Assembly (NCBI GenBank): GCA_020849765.1
Contig: JADLAY010000017.1
Coordinates: 44,906-108,905 of the forward strand
Length of the DNA stretch: 64,000 nucleotides
Source: Anaerolineae bacterium
Lineage (GTDB): Bacteria > Chloroflexota > Anaerolineae > Aggregatilineales > Phototrophicaceae
Direction: 5' to 3'
The position numbers and the translations under genes were made by a program. The notes under the pieces were generated by a model. It was not told the origin of the DNA and made no database searches. It worked only from the letters and a program-made list of their open reading frames with translations. Within the stretch, counting starts at the first letter, position 1, and each line of letters begins with the position of its first letter. Of the stretch, positions 35,189 to 44,647 are shown piece after piece.

Positions 35189-35929
35189 CTAATCGCCCTC
35201 GTTATCTTCCGGGCGCGTCAGGCGCATGAAGGCGCGCTCCTGCGGGGAGAGGAAGGTCGGGTATTCGGTCTCGTCGTAAGCTTCGAGGATGCGGTAGCCC
35301 TCTTTGATGTAGCTGCGGATCGTGTGCAGGCTGATGCCCATCTCGTCCGCCGCCAGGTGCGCGGGCATGCCCTTGACGACGCACAACTCAATCGCCTGGC
35401 GCACGCGGTCGGTCAGATGCGGGTACTCGCGCTGCTTGGGCAGCACCGCCGCCGCGTGGATGCGGCTGGACATGTCGTCGCGCCGGCTAACCATGCGCGC
35501 GATCTCCTGCGTGACGAGGAAGTCATGATCGCGGGCGTAGACGATGGCCCAGGCGATTTGCAGGCGCACCTCGTGCTTGAGCAGGTAGGCGCGTGCCCCA
35601 GCACGATCCGCCGCGGCGATCAGGGCCGGGTCGGCGAACTGGGCCAGGCAGATGATCATGACATCCTTGATGGTCGAGCGCATCTTCTTGATCGCGCCCT
35701 CCAGCATCTCCGGGCCGCCCATGTGATCCGAGTCGAAGACGATGATATCCGGCAGTTCAGCCAGCGGCGTCTCCGCCAGGTAGGTCCACATCGCTTCAGC
35801 GCTCTCGGTCAGGAAGGTCACGCGCGTGCGCCGATCCCAGGCGAGGTAGCCGTTGATGGCCTGGAGGGCGTAGTAATCACTATCCAACAGCAAGACCTTG
35901 AGGTTGATATTGCTGATCGGGTCGTTCAT
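35189..35929 (-). CDS. Response-regulator-like protein with a LuxR-type HTH
   Basis: N-terminal REC-like fold (KVLLLDSD.., IVFDSD). C-terminal LTDRVRQAIELCVVKGMPAHLAADEMGISLHTIRSYIKEG. Confidence 0.7.
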   Translation of the reverse strand: MNDPISNINLKVLLLDSDYYALQAINGYLAWDRRTRVTFLTESAEAMWTYLAETPLAELPDIIVFDSDHMGGPEMLEGAIKKMRSTIKDVMIICLAQFADPALIAAADRAGARAYLLKHEVRLQIAWAIVYARDHDFLVTQEIARMVSRRDDMSSRIHAAAVLPKQREYPHLTDRVRQAIELCVVKGMPAHLAADEMGISLHTIRSYIKEGYRILEAYDETEYPTFLSPQERAFMRLTRPEDNEGD

Positions 35930-36093
35930 GACCGTTATGCCCTTCTTGCCCCTGCGGCGTCCACCTGAAATGACCTTCTAAGTATACGCCATCACGCGGC
36001 GCTGAAAATAACAAACATCCTCACAATGTGCAGGCCCGGCAAATTGCGGTATGATCCGCCTCTGATGGCCTACAGCAAGCTGCGAGAGATCGT

Positions 36094-36366
36094 ATGACGA
36101 CCGAATCTCAGGGTCTGGCAAAATTCCCGCCCGTGCGCTGGGCAATGATACATCCGCGCCTCGCCGCCTGGATCGTGCTCTCCGTCGGCATGATCGTGCT
36201 CTTGATCGTCGAAGCGCGCGATGTCGGTCTGCTTCCAGGCCAGTGGCTTGCGCTGTTCGTCGCCTGCGTGCTCGTCTCCGGGCTGTGCATCTGGATCATC
36301 AGTTGGGAAGATGACGACGAGGAAGACGAGACGGTCGATGCCGACTCCGGCCAGAACTCGGCCTGA
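36094..36366 (+). CDS. Small 2-TM protein with an acidic tail
   Basis: 90 aa. Two hydrophobic helices and a DDDEEDE tail. Confidence 0.45.
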   Translation: MTTESQGLAKFPPVRWAMIHPRLAAWIVLSVGMIVLLIVEARDVGLLPGQWLALFVACVLVSGLCIWIISWEDDDEEDETVDADSGQNSA

Positions 36367-36380
36367 AGTCTGAGCCGCCG

Positions 36381-37010
36381 ATGGGCGACTATCCCCCAGG
36401 GTTCTACCTCCAGGCGGCCATTGAGACGCCCTGGAAAGTCCACAACAGCCTGATCCGCCACCTTGTCATCCCGGTGGCGCGCCTCAAGTTTGCGCTGGCC
36501 GGTATCCCCTGGCGGCGCGGATGGATGCTCTACGGCGTGCCGATCCTGCTCAAGCACCGCCAGAGCACGATCGCCATCGGCGACCGGCTCAGTCTGCGCT
36601 CGACGCTGCGCAGCAATCCACTCGGCCCCAATCACCCCGTCATCCTGTGCACCTGGCGCGAGGGCGCGCGCCTCATCATCGGCGACGACTTCGGCATGAC
36701 CGGCGGCTGCATCGTCGCCGAGCAGGAGATCGTCATCGGCAACCGCGTGACCATCGGCGCCAACTGCACGATCATGGACACCGACTTCCACCCGCTCGAT
36801 CCACAAACGCGTCACGCACGCCCGTACGACGCGGCCACCGCCCCCGTGCGCATCGAGGACGACGTGTTCGTCGGCATGAACAGCCTGATCCTCAAGGGCG
36901 TCACCCTCGGCGCAGGCAGCGTGATCGGCGCGGGCAGCGTCGTCACGTCCGACATCCCGCCCGGCGTGATCGCCGCGGGGGTGCCTGCGAAGGTGATCAG
37001 GGGGTTGTGA
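36381..37010 (+). CDS. Hexapeptide-repeat (left-handed beta-helix) acyl/acetyltransferase
   Basis: Repeated [LIV]-G-x4 units: IGNRVTIGANCTI, VFVGMNSLILKGVTLGAGSVIGAGSVV. Confidence 0.8.
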   Translation: MGDYPPGFYLQAAIETPWKVHNSLIRHLVIPVARLKFALAGIPWRRGWMLYGVPILLKHRQSTIAIGDRLSLRSTLRSNPLGPNHPVILCTWREGARLIIGDDFGMTGGCIVAEQEIVIGNRVTIGANCTIMDTDFHPLDPQTRHARPYDAATAPVRIEDDVFVGMNSLILKGVTLGAGSVIGAGSVVTSDIPPGVIAAGVPAKVIRGL

Positions 37011-37119
37011 GCGAACGTATCTGCGTTCATCTGACCACGTGTTGTCGAATATTTGCATCGTCGACTTACGAAATAGATAATAAACGTGGTGTACTTATTA
37101 GGAGTTCTTTCAAACCACA

Positions 37120-38775
37120 ATGCCTAGTGCATTCATCTCTTATCGCCGCGTCGAAAGCGCTGCCCTTGCCACGCTGATCGCCGTCACCTTGCAAGACAAG
37201 CATGGCATTGAAGTTTTCGTCGATACCCGCAGTACCGACGGTGGTGGCCTGTTTCCTGACCGCTTGCGCCGCGCCATTGAACATTGCGACGTATTCGTTT
37301 GCCTGCTTGGCGCGACGACGCTGGAATCCGCCTGGGTGATGGAAGAGATCGAACATGCGCATAACTTGCGCAAGACGATGATCCCGGTCTTCCAGGAACG
37401 TTACGTTCCGCCCAACCCAATTCCCAGCGTACACGTCGAAGCACTGCTGCAATCGGATGGATTGCAGGTTCTTGATGTGCGCAACGTGTACGTCGATCAA
37501 GCTATCTCCGACTTGGCGTCAATGATCAGAAGATCCGTCGGTGCTCCAATGCCGCCGCCCAGGCGAGGCATCGGGTTACCTCTGATTGCCGCAGTCTTGG
37601 TGTTGCTCGCGTTAGTCGCCCTTGGCATCTTCCTGGTGTCTCGCGCCATGGAATCCCCCACTTCAACAGCCAGTCCGACACAGATCGCGGGTGGTGTGAC
37701 CGCCAGCACCACCATCGAGCAACCCACCGCTGCACCGACAGAAGATGCGGCTGGCACACGGGTCGCCCAATTGCAGGCCAGCCTGACCGCCTTGGCGCAA
37801 CTTCAAATCGTAGGGGAAGAAACCGCGACGGCGGACGCCGCAACGCGTGGTGCTGCTGCACAAATCGATGCGACTTTGCGGGCAGCCGCGGACACCGCGA
37901 CCGCGGCTGCCCTCGCTATCACGCAATCCGTATTGGGTGAAACGGCGACTCAGCAAGCCATTGACGCGACCGCGATAGCTAGTGTATCGACAGATACTCC
38001 CACCCCATCCGCGACACCTACGCCTATCACACTGGAATATGCTTACGCCCAGGCAGTAAATTATGATGATGGTCAGGGAAATACGGCATGGACGCCTATT
38101 GCATATACGTTTGGGGATGGCGTGACGATGGTTCTAGTACCGACGGGCTGCTTTTTGATGGGTAGCAGCGAAGGTAATATTAACGAACAGCCCATCAATG
38201 AGCAGTGCTTTGTCGTGCCATTCTGGATCGACCAGACTGAAGTGACACAGGCCGATTTTGTACGTCTGAGTGGACAAAAGGCGGCCCCGAATGAATTTCC
38301 TGCTGACCAACACCCCGTTGAGAATATCACTTGGTTCGAAGCACGTAATTTCTGCGTGTTGCGGGGTGCGCGCTTGCCAACAGAGCGCGAATGGGAATAT
38401 GCAGCCCGCGGCCCTGAAGGATGGATCTACCCATGGGGAAACATGTGGGACACGAGCTATGCTGCATGGAACCGGAGTAGATCGCAAAGAACCGCCATCG
38501 TGGGAACAGCATCAAATGGGGTTTCCTGGGTCGGTGCACAGGATATGAGCGGCAACGTCTGGGAGTGGGCGAGCTCCCTTTACCAGCCGTACCCCTATGC
38601 GGCAGACGATGGACGAGAGGGGGATATGAGAGACCTTGCGGATGCTCAACGTGTGTTGAGAGGCGGTTCTTGGTACTACGTCAGTACTATTGGCCTACGC
38701 GCGCCTACGCGCAGCGGACTCGACCCAATAGCCAAAGACAATCTATTAGGTTTCCGTTGCGCCCGCGATGTCTGA
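37120..38775 (+). CDS. TIR domain - TM - Ala/Thr-rich linker - FGE-sulfatase (SUMF1-like) domain fusion protein
   Basis: TIR_2-like FISYRRVES..CDVFVCLLG..SAWVMEEIEHA. TM IGLPLIAAVLVLLALVALGIFLV. C-terminal WIDQTEVTQADF, ENITWFEARNFC, RLPTEREWEYAARG, RVLRGGSW, GFRCA. Confidence 0.8.
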   Translation: MPSAFISYRRVESAALATLIAVTLQDKHGIEVFVDTRSTDGGGLFPDRLRRAIEHCDVFVCLLGATTLESAWVMEEIEHAHNLRKTMIPVFQERYVPPNPIPSVHVEALLQSDGLQVLDVRNVYVDQAISDLASMIRRSVGAPMPPPRRGIGLPLIAAVLVLLALVALGIFLVSRAMESPTSTASPTQIAGGVTASTTIEQPTAAPTEDAAGTRVAQLQASLTALAQLQIVGEETATADAATRGAAAQIDATLRAAADTATAAALAITQSVLGETATQQAIDATAIASVSTDTPTPSATPTPITLEYAYAQAVNYDDGQGNTAWTPIAYTFGDGVTMVLVPTGCFLMGSSEGNINEQPINEQCFVVPFWIDQTEVTQADFVRLSGQKAAPNEFPADQHPVENITWFEARNFCVLRGARLPTEREWEYAARGPEGWIYPWGNMWDTSYAAWNRSRSQRTAIVGTASNGVSWVGAQDMSGNVWEWASSLYQPYPYAADDGREGDMRDLADAQRVLRGGSWYYVSTIGLRAPTRSGLDPIAKDNLLGFRCARDV

Positions 38776-39313
38776 TTGCGACCACACTTACCCCCAGCGC
38801 AAATCGCCTCGTCTCCGCGACTATGATTACGCACAATCCGGTGCATATTTCGTCACCATCTGTACCTATCGACGTGAGCATCTCTTTGGCGAGGTCGTCG
38901 ATCAACAGATGCATCTGTCGCGGATGGGATCGATTGCTCATGACCTGTGGTACACCATCCCCGATCATCATTCGCAGGTCGAACTCGATGCGTTCGTCGT
39001 CATGCCCAACCATGTCCACGGCATCATCGTTGTAGGGACGCCGCGTGCGGCGTCCGGCGGCGAGAATGATGGGCGATCGGCGGACAGGGCACGCCCTGTC
39101 CCTACGGAATCGCTCGGAGCGATCATCGGTGCGTACAAGTCCGCCGTGACACGCACCGTCAATCAGGCGATGAGGTTGGTCGCGCCGACGGTCTGGCAGA
39201 CGCGCTATGACCATCACATCATTCGCAGCGAGCACGATCTAGACCGCATCCGCGCCTACGTCGCCGACAACTCCGCGCGATGGCTGGATGACACGCTGTT
39301 CACAAAAGGATAG
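38768..39313 (+). CDS. REP-associated tyrosine transposase (RAYT, IS200/Y1 HUH family)
   Basis: YDYAQSGAYFVTICT, HUH motif MPNHVHGIIV, VWQTRYDHHIIRSEHDL..YVADNSARW. The ATG overlaps the upstream stop (ATGTCTGA). Carries its own REP doublet in-frame. Confidence 0.8.
   Translation: MSDCDHTYPQRKSPRLRDYDYAQSGAYFVTICTYRREHLFGEVVDQQMHLSRMGSIAHDLWYTIPDHHSQVELDAFVVMPNHVHGIIVVGTPRAASGGENDGRSADRARPVPTESLGAIIGAYKSAVTRTVNQAMRLVAPTVWQTRYDHHIIRSEHDLDRIRAYVADNSARWLDDTLFTKG
39032..39105. repeat. REP doublet (REPIN-like) inside the RAYT CDS
   Basis: GTAGGGACGCCGCGTGCGGCGTCC (39032-39055) and GGACAGGGCACGCCCTGTCCCTAC (39082-39105) in inverted orientation. Translated as ..GTPRAASGGENDGRSADRARPVPTE.. Confidence 0.7.
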
Positions 39314-39316
39314 CCC

Positions 39317-40732
39317 TCAGCACTCGGCGACGTTGACCGGGATCTGCACGGCGAGGCCGCCCTCTGCCGTCTCTTTGTACTTGTCGCTCATGTCGCGCGC
39401 CGTCTCCCACATCGTGCGGATGACCGCATCCAGCGAGACGCGCGCGTTCTGCGGTGTGCTCTCCAGGGCGATGTGCGCGGCGGTGATCGCCTTCATGGCG
39501 CCCATGGCATTACGCTCGATGCACGGGATCTGCACCAGCCCGCCGACCGGATCGCAGGTCAGGCCGAGGTGATGCTCCATCGCGATCTCGGCGGCCATCA
39601 GCGCCTGATCGACCGTGCCGCCCAGGCATTCGGTCAGCGCTGCCGCGGCCATCGCCGATGAGACGCCGATCTCCGCCTGGCAGCCGCCGAGCGCCGCGGA
39701 AATCGTCGCGCCCGTCTTGAACAGCCCGCCGATGGCGCTCGCGGTCAGCAGGAAGCGCAGCGAATCCGCCTCGCTCGCCTGATGCGCGCAGACGAAATGC
39801 ATCAGCACCGCCGGGATGACCCCGGCTGCCCCGTTGGTCGGCGCGGTGACGACTCGCCCGAAGGCGGCGTTCTCCTCGTTGACGGCCAATGCGAAGCAGC
39901 TCACCCACTTGACCGTGTCCTGGAATGTGCGCGGGCGCGACCGGATCGCTTCGATCCACGAGTCGCGGTCGTGGTAGGTCGCCACATCCATCAGCTTGCG
40001 GTGCATGTGCTGGGCGCGGCGCACGACGCGCAGCCCGCCCGGCAGATCGCCATCGGCATGGCAGCCGCGGTAGATCGAGTCGGCCATCGTCCCCCAGATG
40101 CGGCGCAGCCCGGCGTCGATCGTGACGTCGTCGCGCCAGGCACGCTCGTTTTCGCGTACCATCTCCCAGATCGACAGCCCGTGCCCGTGGCAGCAGTCCG
40201 CGATCTCGGCGGCGCTCATGCATGGATACGGCGCGGTGATCTCGTCCTCGCCGGTCGCCTCACCCTCGCGGACGACGAAGCCACCGCCTATCGAATAGTA
40301 GGTGCCTTCGACGGTCGATCCATCGTCGAGCCGGGCGCTCAGGCGGATGCCGTTGGGATGAAACGGCAGCGATCGGTTGTAGTGGAAGATCAGGTCGGCG
40401 GCGGGGTCGAAGGGGATGATCTTGCGACCCAGCAGCGCGATTTCGCCCGCCATCTCCGTCTGGCGGATGACGTGGCCGACGTGCCGCGTATCACAGCTTG
40501 CCGGGTCTTCGCCGCGCAGACCCATCAGCACCGCGATGTCGGTGCCATGGCCGCGACCGGTCTTCGCCAGCGAGCCGAATAGCTCGACCTGGACGCTCGC
40601 GACCGAGTCGAGATTGCCCGCCGCCTCGAGTTCGTACAGAAAGCGCTCGGCGGCGCGCCACGGCCCCATCGTGTGCGAACTGGACGGCCCGACGCCGATC
40701 TTGAAGATGTCGAAAACGCTGATCCGCTGCAT
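39317..40732 (-). CDS. sdaA: L-serine ammonia-lyase (Fe-S type, single-chain)
   Basis: [24 protein letters not shown] is the canonical N-terminus. 471 aa. Confidence 0.9.
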   Translation of the reverse strand: MQRISVFDIFKIGVGPSSSHTMGPWRAAERFLYELEAAGNLDSVASVQVELFGSLAKTGRGHGTDIAVLMGLRGEDPASCDTRHVGHVIRQTEMAGEIALLGRKIIPFDPAADLIFHYNRSLPFHPNGIRLSARLDDGSTVEGTYYSIGGGFVVREGEATGEDEITAPYPCMSAAEIADCCHGHGLSIWEMVRENERAWRDDVTIDAGLRRIWGTMADSIYRGCHADGDLPGGLRVVRRAQHMHRKLMDVATYHDRDSWIEAIRSRPRTFQDTVKWVSCFALAVNEENAAFGRVVTAPTNGAAGVIPAVLMHFVCAHQASEADSLRFLLTASAIGGLFKTGATISAALGGCQAEIGVSSAMAAAALTECLGGTVDQALMAAEIAMEHHLGLTCDPVGGLVQIPCIERNAMGAMKAITAAHIALESTPQNARVSLDAVIRTMWETARDMSDKYKETAEGGLAVQIPVNVAEC

Positions 40733-40846
40733 GGTTTGTATCGCTCGCTTCTCGTGTGCGGAATTATACCTCCGGCGAGCGCATCCGTTGCACTCCCTGG
40801 TGTACAGTCGAGCAGATTTTCTTCCGCCCCCGAATGAAAGCCGTCG

Positions 40847-41458
40847 CTAGCGGAATCCATTCCACATCAGGTTCAGGTAGGCGGGCAGAATGTCCTTGAC
40901 GACCTGCTGCGCGGCCTGCTCGGCGGAGATCGGCAGGCCCTTCTCCAGCCACCACGAGGCAATCCCGATGAAGCCGGTGCTGTAGAACTGGAGCGTCATC
41001 TCCAGCGGATAGCCGATGTCGAGCTGCGGATGATCCCGCGTGATCGGCTCGAAGATCAGCTCGTTCAGCAGCGCCTGAAACAACTCGCGAAACAGTGGAT
41101 CGCCATGCTTGCCGAGCAGGGTTCGGTAGAAAGCCTCATGCCGCTCCAGGTGGTGCAAGACGTTCGCCACGACCGGCTCCAATGACGCCGGGTCCTGCTG
41201 CTTATCCCAAACTTTGTAGATTTCTGTGCGCACTTCGCCGAACAGGGTTTTCGCGCAATCTTCCAGCAGTTCGTGCAAGCCGCTGTAATGCAGGTAGAAC
41301 GTCGTTCGATGCAACCCGGCTTGCTGAGTCACGTCCTGGATCGTCAGGCTGGAGAAGCCCCTGTCCGCGATCAGCGCCATCAGCGCATTGCGCAGTAAGG
41401 CGCGGGTGCGAACGATTCGGGGGTCCTGGGTCGCGTCGTTCATCGATACCTTGTCCAT
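40847..41458 (-). CDS. TetR/AcrR-family transcriptional regulator
   Basis: RIVRTRALLRNALMALIADRGFSSLTIQDVTQQAGLHRTTFYLHY (TetR HTH). Start at MDKVS or MNDAT (41443). Divergent from the MMPL gene. Confidence 0.85.
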   Translation of the reverse strand: MDKVSMNDATQDPRIVRTRALLRNALMALIADRGFSSLTIQDVTQQAGLHRTTFYLHYSGLHELLEDCAKTLFGEVRTEIYKVWDKQQDPASLEPVVANVLHHLERHEAFYRTLLGKHGDPLFRELFQALLNELIFEPITRDHPQLDIGYPLEMTLQFYSTGFIGIASWWLEKGLPISAEQAAQQVVKDILPAYLNLMWNGFR

Positions 41459-41580
41459 ATTTGTCGAATAGACAACACAGGCCGTGGAAATGTCGATTTG
41501 TAATTCGAGCCTGTGCGTATAATACAACTTATCGACAGAATGTCGATTAGCGAACCTGCATGGTGTTGGCGCGCCAGCCT

Positions 41581-41700
41581 ACCCTCAACCCCGTCCCCTT
41601 CTCCCTGATGGAGAAGGGGAGAAAAATCGGTTCTGAAAGTCCCTCTCCCTGACGACCAAAGGGAGCACCGAAGGTTGGGAGAGGGATTTAAGGTGAGGGC
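41581..41700. repeat. Hairpin-pair repeat element (family B), copy 2, intergenic, inverted relative to copy 1
   Basis: CCCTTCTCCCTGATGGAGAAGGGG .. TCCCTCTCCC-N..-GGGAGAGGGATTTAAGGTGAGGG. Its reverse complement aligns along copy 1. Confidence 0.75.
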
Positions 41701-41831
41701 AACAAAGAGCACAACGAATGATGACCAAGTCACACTGAGTTCTGCCCCGCCAGCGCGGCCCCGTTCTTGTTTGTCTGTTGAACCGAGTACTTACCGTAAT
41801 CCATTCGCATTGATGCGTGAGGAATCACTTC

Positions 41832-44423
41832 ATGTCCTATCGCCGTATCGGCGCGGCGGCCGTCCGCCTGCGCTATCCCATTATCGTCGCCTGGATTGCC
41901 GCCGCGGTCATCATCACGCTGCTGGCGCCGAATCTATCCGACGTGACGACTGCCGATCTCTCGCAGATGCTGCCGACCGACGCGCCGTTCAATTATGCCG
42001 CGGACATCTACAAAGCCGCCTTCCCCGACTCTGCGGACACGACCGGCGCCGTGATCGTCATCAAGACGACCGATGCCGAGGGCGTCCTCAATCAGGCTGC
42101 GCCCACCTTCGCCGAGCAAACCCGGACGCCCGCCGCTGAATTCATCAGCGAGCTGTGCGCGTGGCTGAGCAGCGACGACGCCCCAGAGCGCATCACCGGC
42201 GTGACCTGCCCCGTGAGCGCTGAGGAAGTCGCCGGGATGACGATCGACAGCAGCAACCAGGTCGCCATGGTTCCGCTCAACCTGGCGGATGGCGACGTCA
42301 TCTTCGAGCAGGTGGTCGCCGACCCGATTCGCGCCTGGATCGGTGAGCATCAGCCGGACGGCATCACCAGCTACATCACCGGGTCACAGGCGGTGATTTC
42401 TGCCTTCGTCGACGCGGCGCTGACGACGGTCGAGCGCACGCTGATCGTGACGGTCGCGCTGGTCGTGCTGCTGCTGCTGCTGATTTACCGCTCGCCGGTC
42501 AGCCCGATCATCCCGCTGACTGCCGTCACGCTGTCGTACCTGATCACGCGCGGAATCGTCGGCGTGCTTGCGGCCAACGTGCTGACCGTCTCCAGCTACG
42601 CCGACATCCTGCTCGTCGTCGTCATTTACGGCGCGGGCACGGATTACTGCCTGTTCCTGATCAGCCGCTTCCGCGAGGAGGTCGCCGGGCACCTGGCCAT
42701 CCCCGAAGCGACGATCACGACCGTCGAAAGCGTGGGCGAGACGATCGCCAGCAGCGCAGGGACGATCTTCGTCGGCTTCACGGCCATGGTCTTCGCGCAT
42801 TTCGGCGTCTTCAACGCCTCCGGCCCGACGCTGGCGATCGGGATCGTCATCTCGTTGATCGCGGGCCTGACGCTCGTGCCCGCGATGCTGTCCGCCCTCG
42901 GCAACCGGGCATTCTGGCCCGGCACAGCCAGGCACCGCGCGCAAGGCCGATTCTACGCCGCGACGTCGAACCTGGTCGCGCGTCACCCGGCGCTGATCAT
43001 GATCATCATCATTGCGGTGATGCTGCCGCTCGGCATCTACGGCTTCAACGCGCCGCTCAGCTACAGTTCGCTCGAAGATCTGCCGGATCACGTCGAGGCT
43101 AAAGCGGGCTTCAACGTGCTTGAGGATACGCTCGGCCCCGGCAACCTGGCACCGCTGACGGTCGTCGTCACCGAGCGCGACCCGGCCACCATGACCGGCG
43201 AGATCATCCAGCTCGAGTCCGATCTGCTGGCGCTTGACGGTGTCGCCGACGTCATGAGCCTGAACAATCCGGTCGGGCAAGGCGGCGAGATCAGCAGCCT
43301 GCTGCGCGTCGACAGCCAGCTGCGCCTGATCGGGAGCTTCCTCTCGTTGGGCAGCACGGAGACGATGCCCGATCTGCAATCGATCAACACGATGTTCGCC
43401 GGCATGCAGCAGTATCTTGACAATCTCGCGGCGAAGTTCCCCAGCATCGCCGATGACCCCGACCTGCTGACGCTCAAGCAGAGCTTCACCAGCCTGTTGA
43501 CCTTCGCGCAGCATCAGGCGGATGTGGCGCCCGCGCTCGAAAACCTGGCGACGCGCTTCGAGTCAATCGACGATCCCTACTTCGACATCAGCGAACTGGC
43601 GAACCTGATGCCCGCCGATTCTGGCATGGCCGAAGGCGCCATGTTCACGCAGTTGATCGACCAGTATCTATCGACCGACCGGCAGAATTACCGCATGACA
43701 GTCATCCTGACCGGCGACCCCAACAGCGGCCAGGCGCTGGATACGCTGCTCGAAATCCGCGGCGTGCTGGATCACTACAAGAACGGCGGCGAAGCAGTCG
43801 TCAACGGGCAGCCCGCCATGCTGGCCGACCTGCGCGACGTGCTCAACTCCGATCTCGTCCTGACCATCGGCGTCGTCAGCCTGGGCATCTTCCTCGTCCT
43901 GCTGGTGATGCTGCGCAGCTTCATCGCGCCGCTGTATTTGATCGCGACGGTGAGCCTGAGCTACTCGTTCACGATGGGGATCACCGATCTCGTATTCCGC
44001 ACCTTCTTCGGAGCGGAGAACGGCCTGTCATTCGTCATCCCGGTCTTCTGCTTCGTCTTTTTGGTCGCGCTGGGCGTCGATTACAGCATCTTCCTGATGG
44101 GGCGCGTCAAGGAAGAAGTCGCGCAGCGGGGCATCGGTGACGGCATCCACGAAGCGGTCGTCGCCACCGGGCCGATCATCACGTCGGCGGGCATCATCCT
44201 GGCGGGCACCTTTGGCTCGATGATGTTCGGCGATGTCGCGGCGTTGGCGCAGCTTGGCTTCTCCGTCGCCGTCGGCATTTTGATCGACACGCTGGTGGTG
44301 CGCACGATGCTCGTCCCGGCGATCACGCTGCTGCTGGGGAAGTGGGCCTGGTGGCCCGGCGGCACCGCGCAGGCGAACACAGAGGCGAAGGCCGTAAGCG
44401 ACGCCCGTCTGGCAAAAGGGTAA
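41832..44423 (+). CDS. MMPL-family (RND superfamily) membrane transporter
   Basis: About 860 aa with two 6-TM bundles and two large loops. ATG 41832 with GAGGAA upstream. Paired with a divergent TetR gene. Confidence 0.8.
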   Translation: MSYRRIGAAAVRLRYPIIVAWIAAAVIITLLAPNLSDVTTADLSQMLPTDAPFNYAADIYKAAFPDSADTTGAVIVIKTTDAEGVLNQAAPTFAEQTRTPAAEFISELCAWLSSDDAPERITGVTCPVSAEEVAGMTIDSSNQVAMVPLNLADGDVIFEQVVADPIRAWIGEHQPDGITSYITGSQAVISAFVDAALTTVERTLIVTVALVVLLLLLIYRSPVSPIIPLTAVTLSYLITRGIVGVLAANVLTVSSYADILLVVVIYGAGTDYCLFLISRFREEVAGHLAIPEATITTVESVGETIASSAGTIFVGFTAMVFAHFGVFNASGPTLAIGIVISLIAGLTLVPAMLSALGNRAFWPGTARHRAQGRFYAATSNLVARHPALIMIIIIAVMLPLGIYGFNAPLSYSSLEDLPDHVEAKAGFNVLEDTLGPGNLAPLTVVVTERDPATMTGEIIQLESDLLALDGVADVMSLNNPVGQGGEISSLLRVDSQLRLIGSFLSLGSTETMPDLQSINTMFAGMQQYLDNLAAKFPSIADDPDLLTLKQSFTSLLTFAQHQADVAPALENLATRFESIDDPYFDISELANLMPADSGMAEGAMFTQLIDQYLSTDRQNYRMTVILTGDPNSGQALDTLLEIRGVLDHYKNGGEAVVNGQPAMLADLRDVLNSDLVLTIGVVSLGIFLVLLVMLRSFIAPLYLIATVSLSYSFTMGITDLVFRTFFGAENGLSFVIPVFCFVFLVALGVDYSIFLMGRVKEEVAQRGIGDGIHEAVVATGPIITSAGIILAGTFGSMMFGDVAALAQLGFSVAVGILIDTLVVRTMLVPAITLLLGKWAWWPGGTAQANTEAKAVSDARLAKG

Positions 44424-44498
44424 CCAACAACCACTCACCCCGCGCGTCATGGGATGCGCGACCCGTCAGACGGCGGTCGCATCCTATGACGGGGCAAG

Positions 44499-44530
44499 AA
44501 AAAACCCGCGTCATTTGGCGCGGGTTTTTA
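44499..44530. terminator. Bidirectional rho-independent terminator
   Basis: AAAAAA-CCCGCG-TCATTTGG-CGCGGG-TTTTTA between the MMPL stop and the tRNA 3' end. Confidence 0.8.
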
Positions 44531-44532
44531 TA

Positions 44533-44603
44533 CTGGGGGACCTGGATTCGAACCAAGATCACCTGGGCCAGAACCAGGCGTTCTGCCGTTGAACTATCCC
44601 CCA
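44533..44603 (-). tRNA. tRNA-Gln (anticodon CTG)
   Basis: Hand-folded cloverleaf. Acceptor TGGGGGA/TCCCCCA; D stem GTTC/GAAC; anticodon stem CCTGG/CCAGG with loop TTCTGGC; T arm CTTGG-TTCGAAT-CCAGG; discriminator G. CCA is not encoded. Confidence 0.85.
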
Positions 44604-44647
44604 TAGTTCGAAGCGAATAGTAGCACAGCCCCCACGCCCGATCAAGG

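Noticed and set aside
44533-44603. tRNA-Gln as an integration site of a mobile element
   Set aside because: I found no integrase, no duplicated tRNA 3' segment and no compositional shift on either side. The flanks are an MMPL transporter and a histidine kinase.
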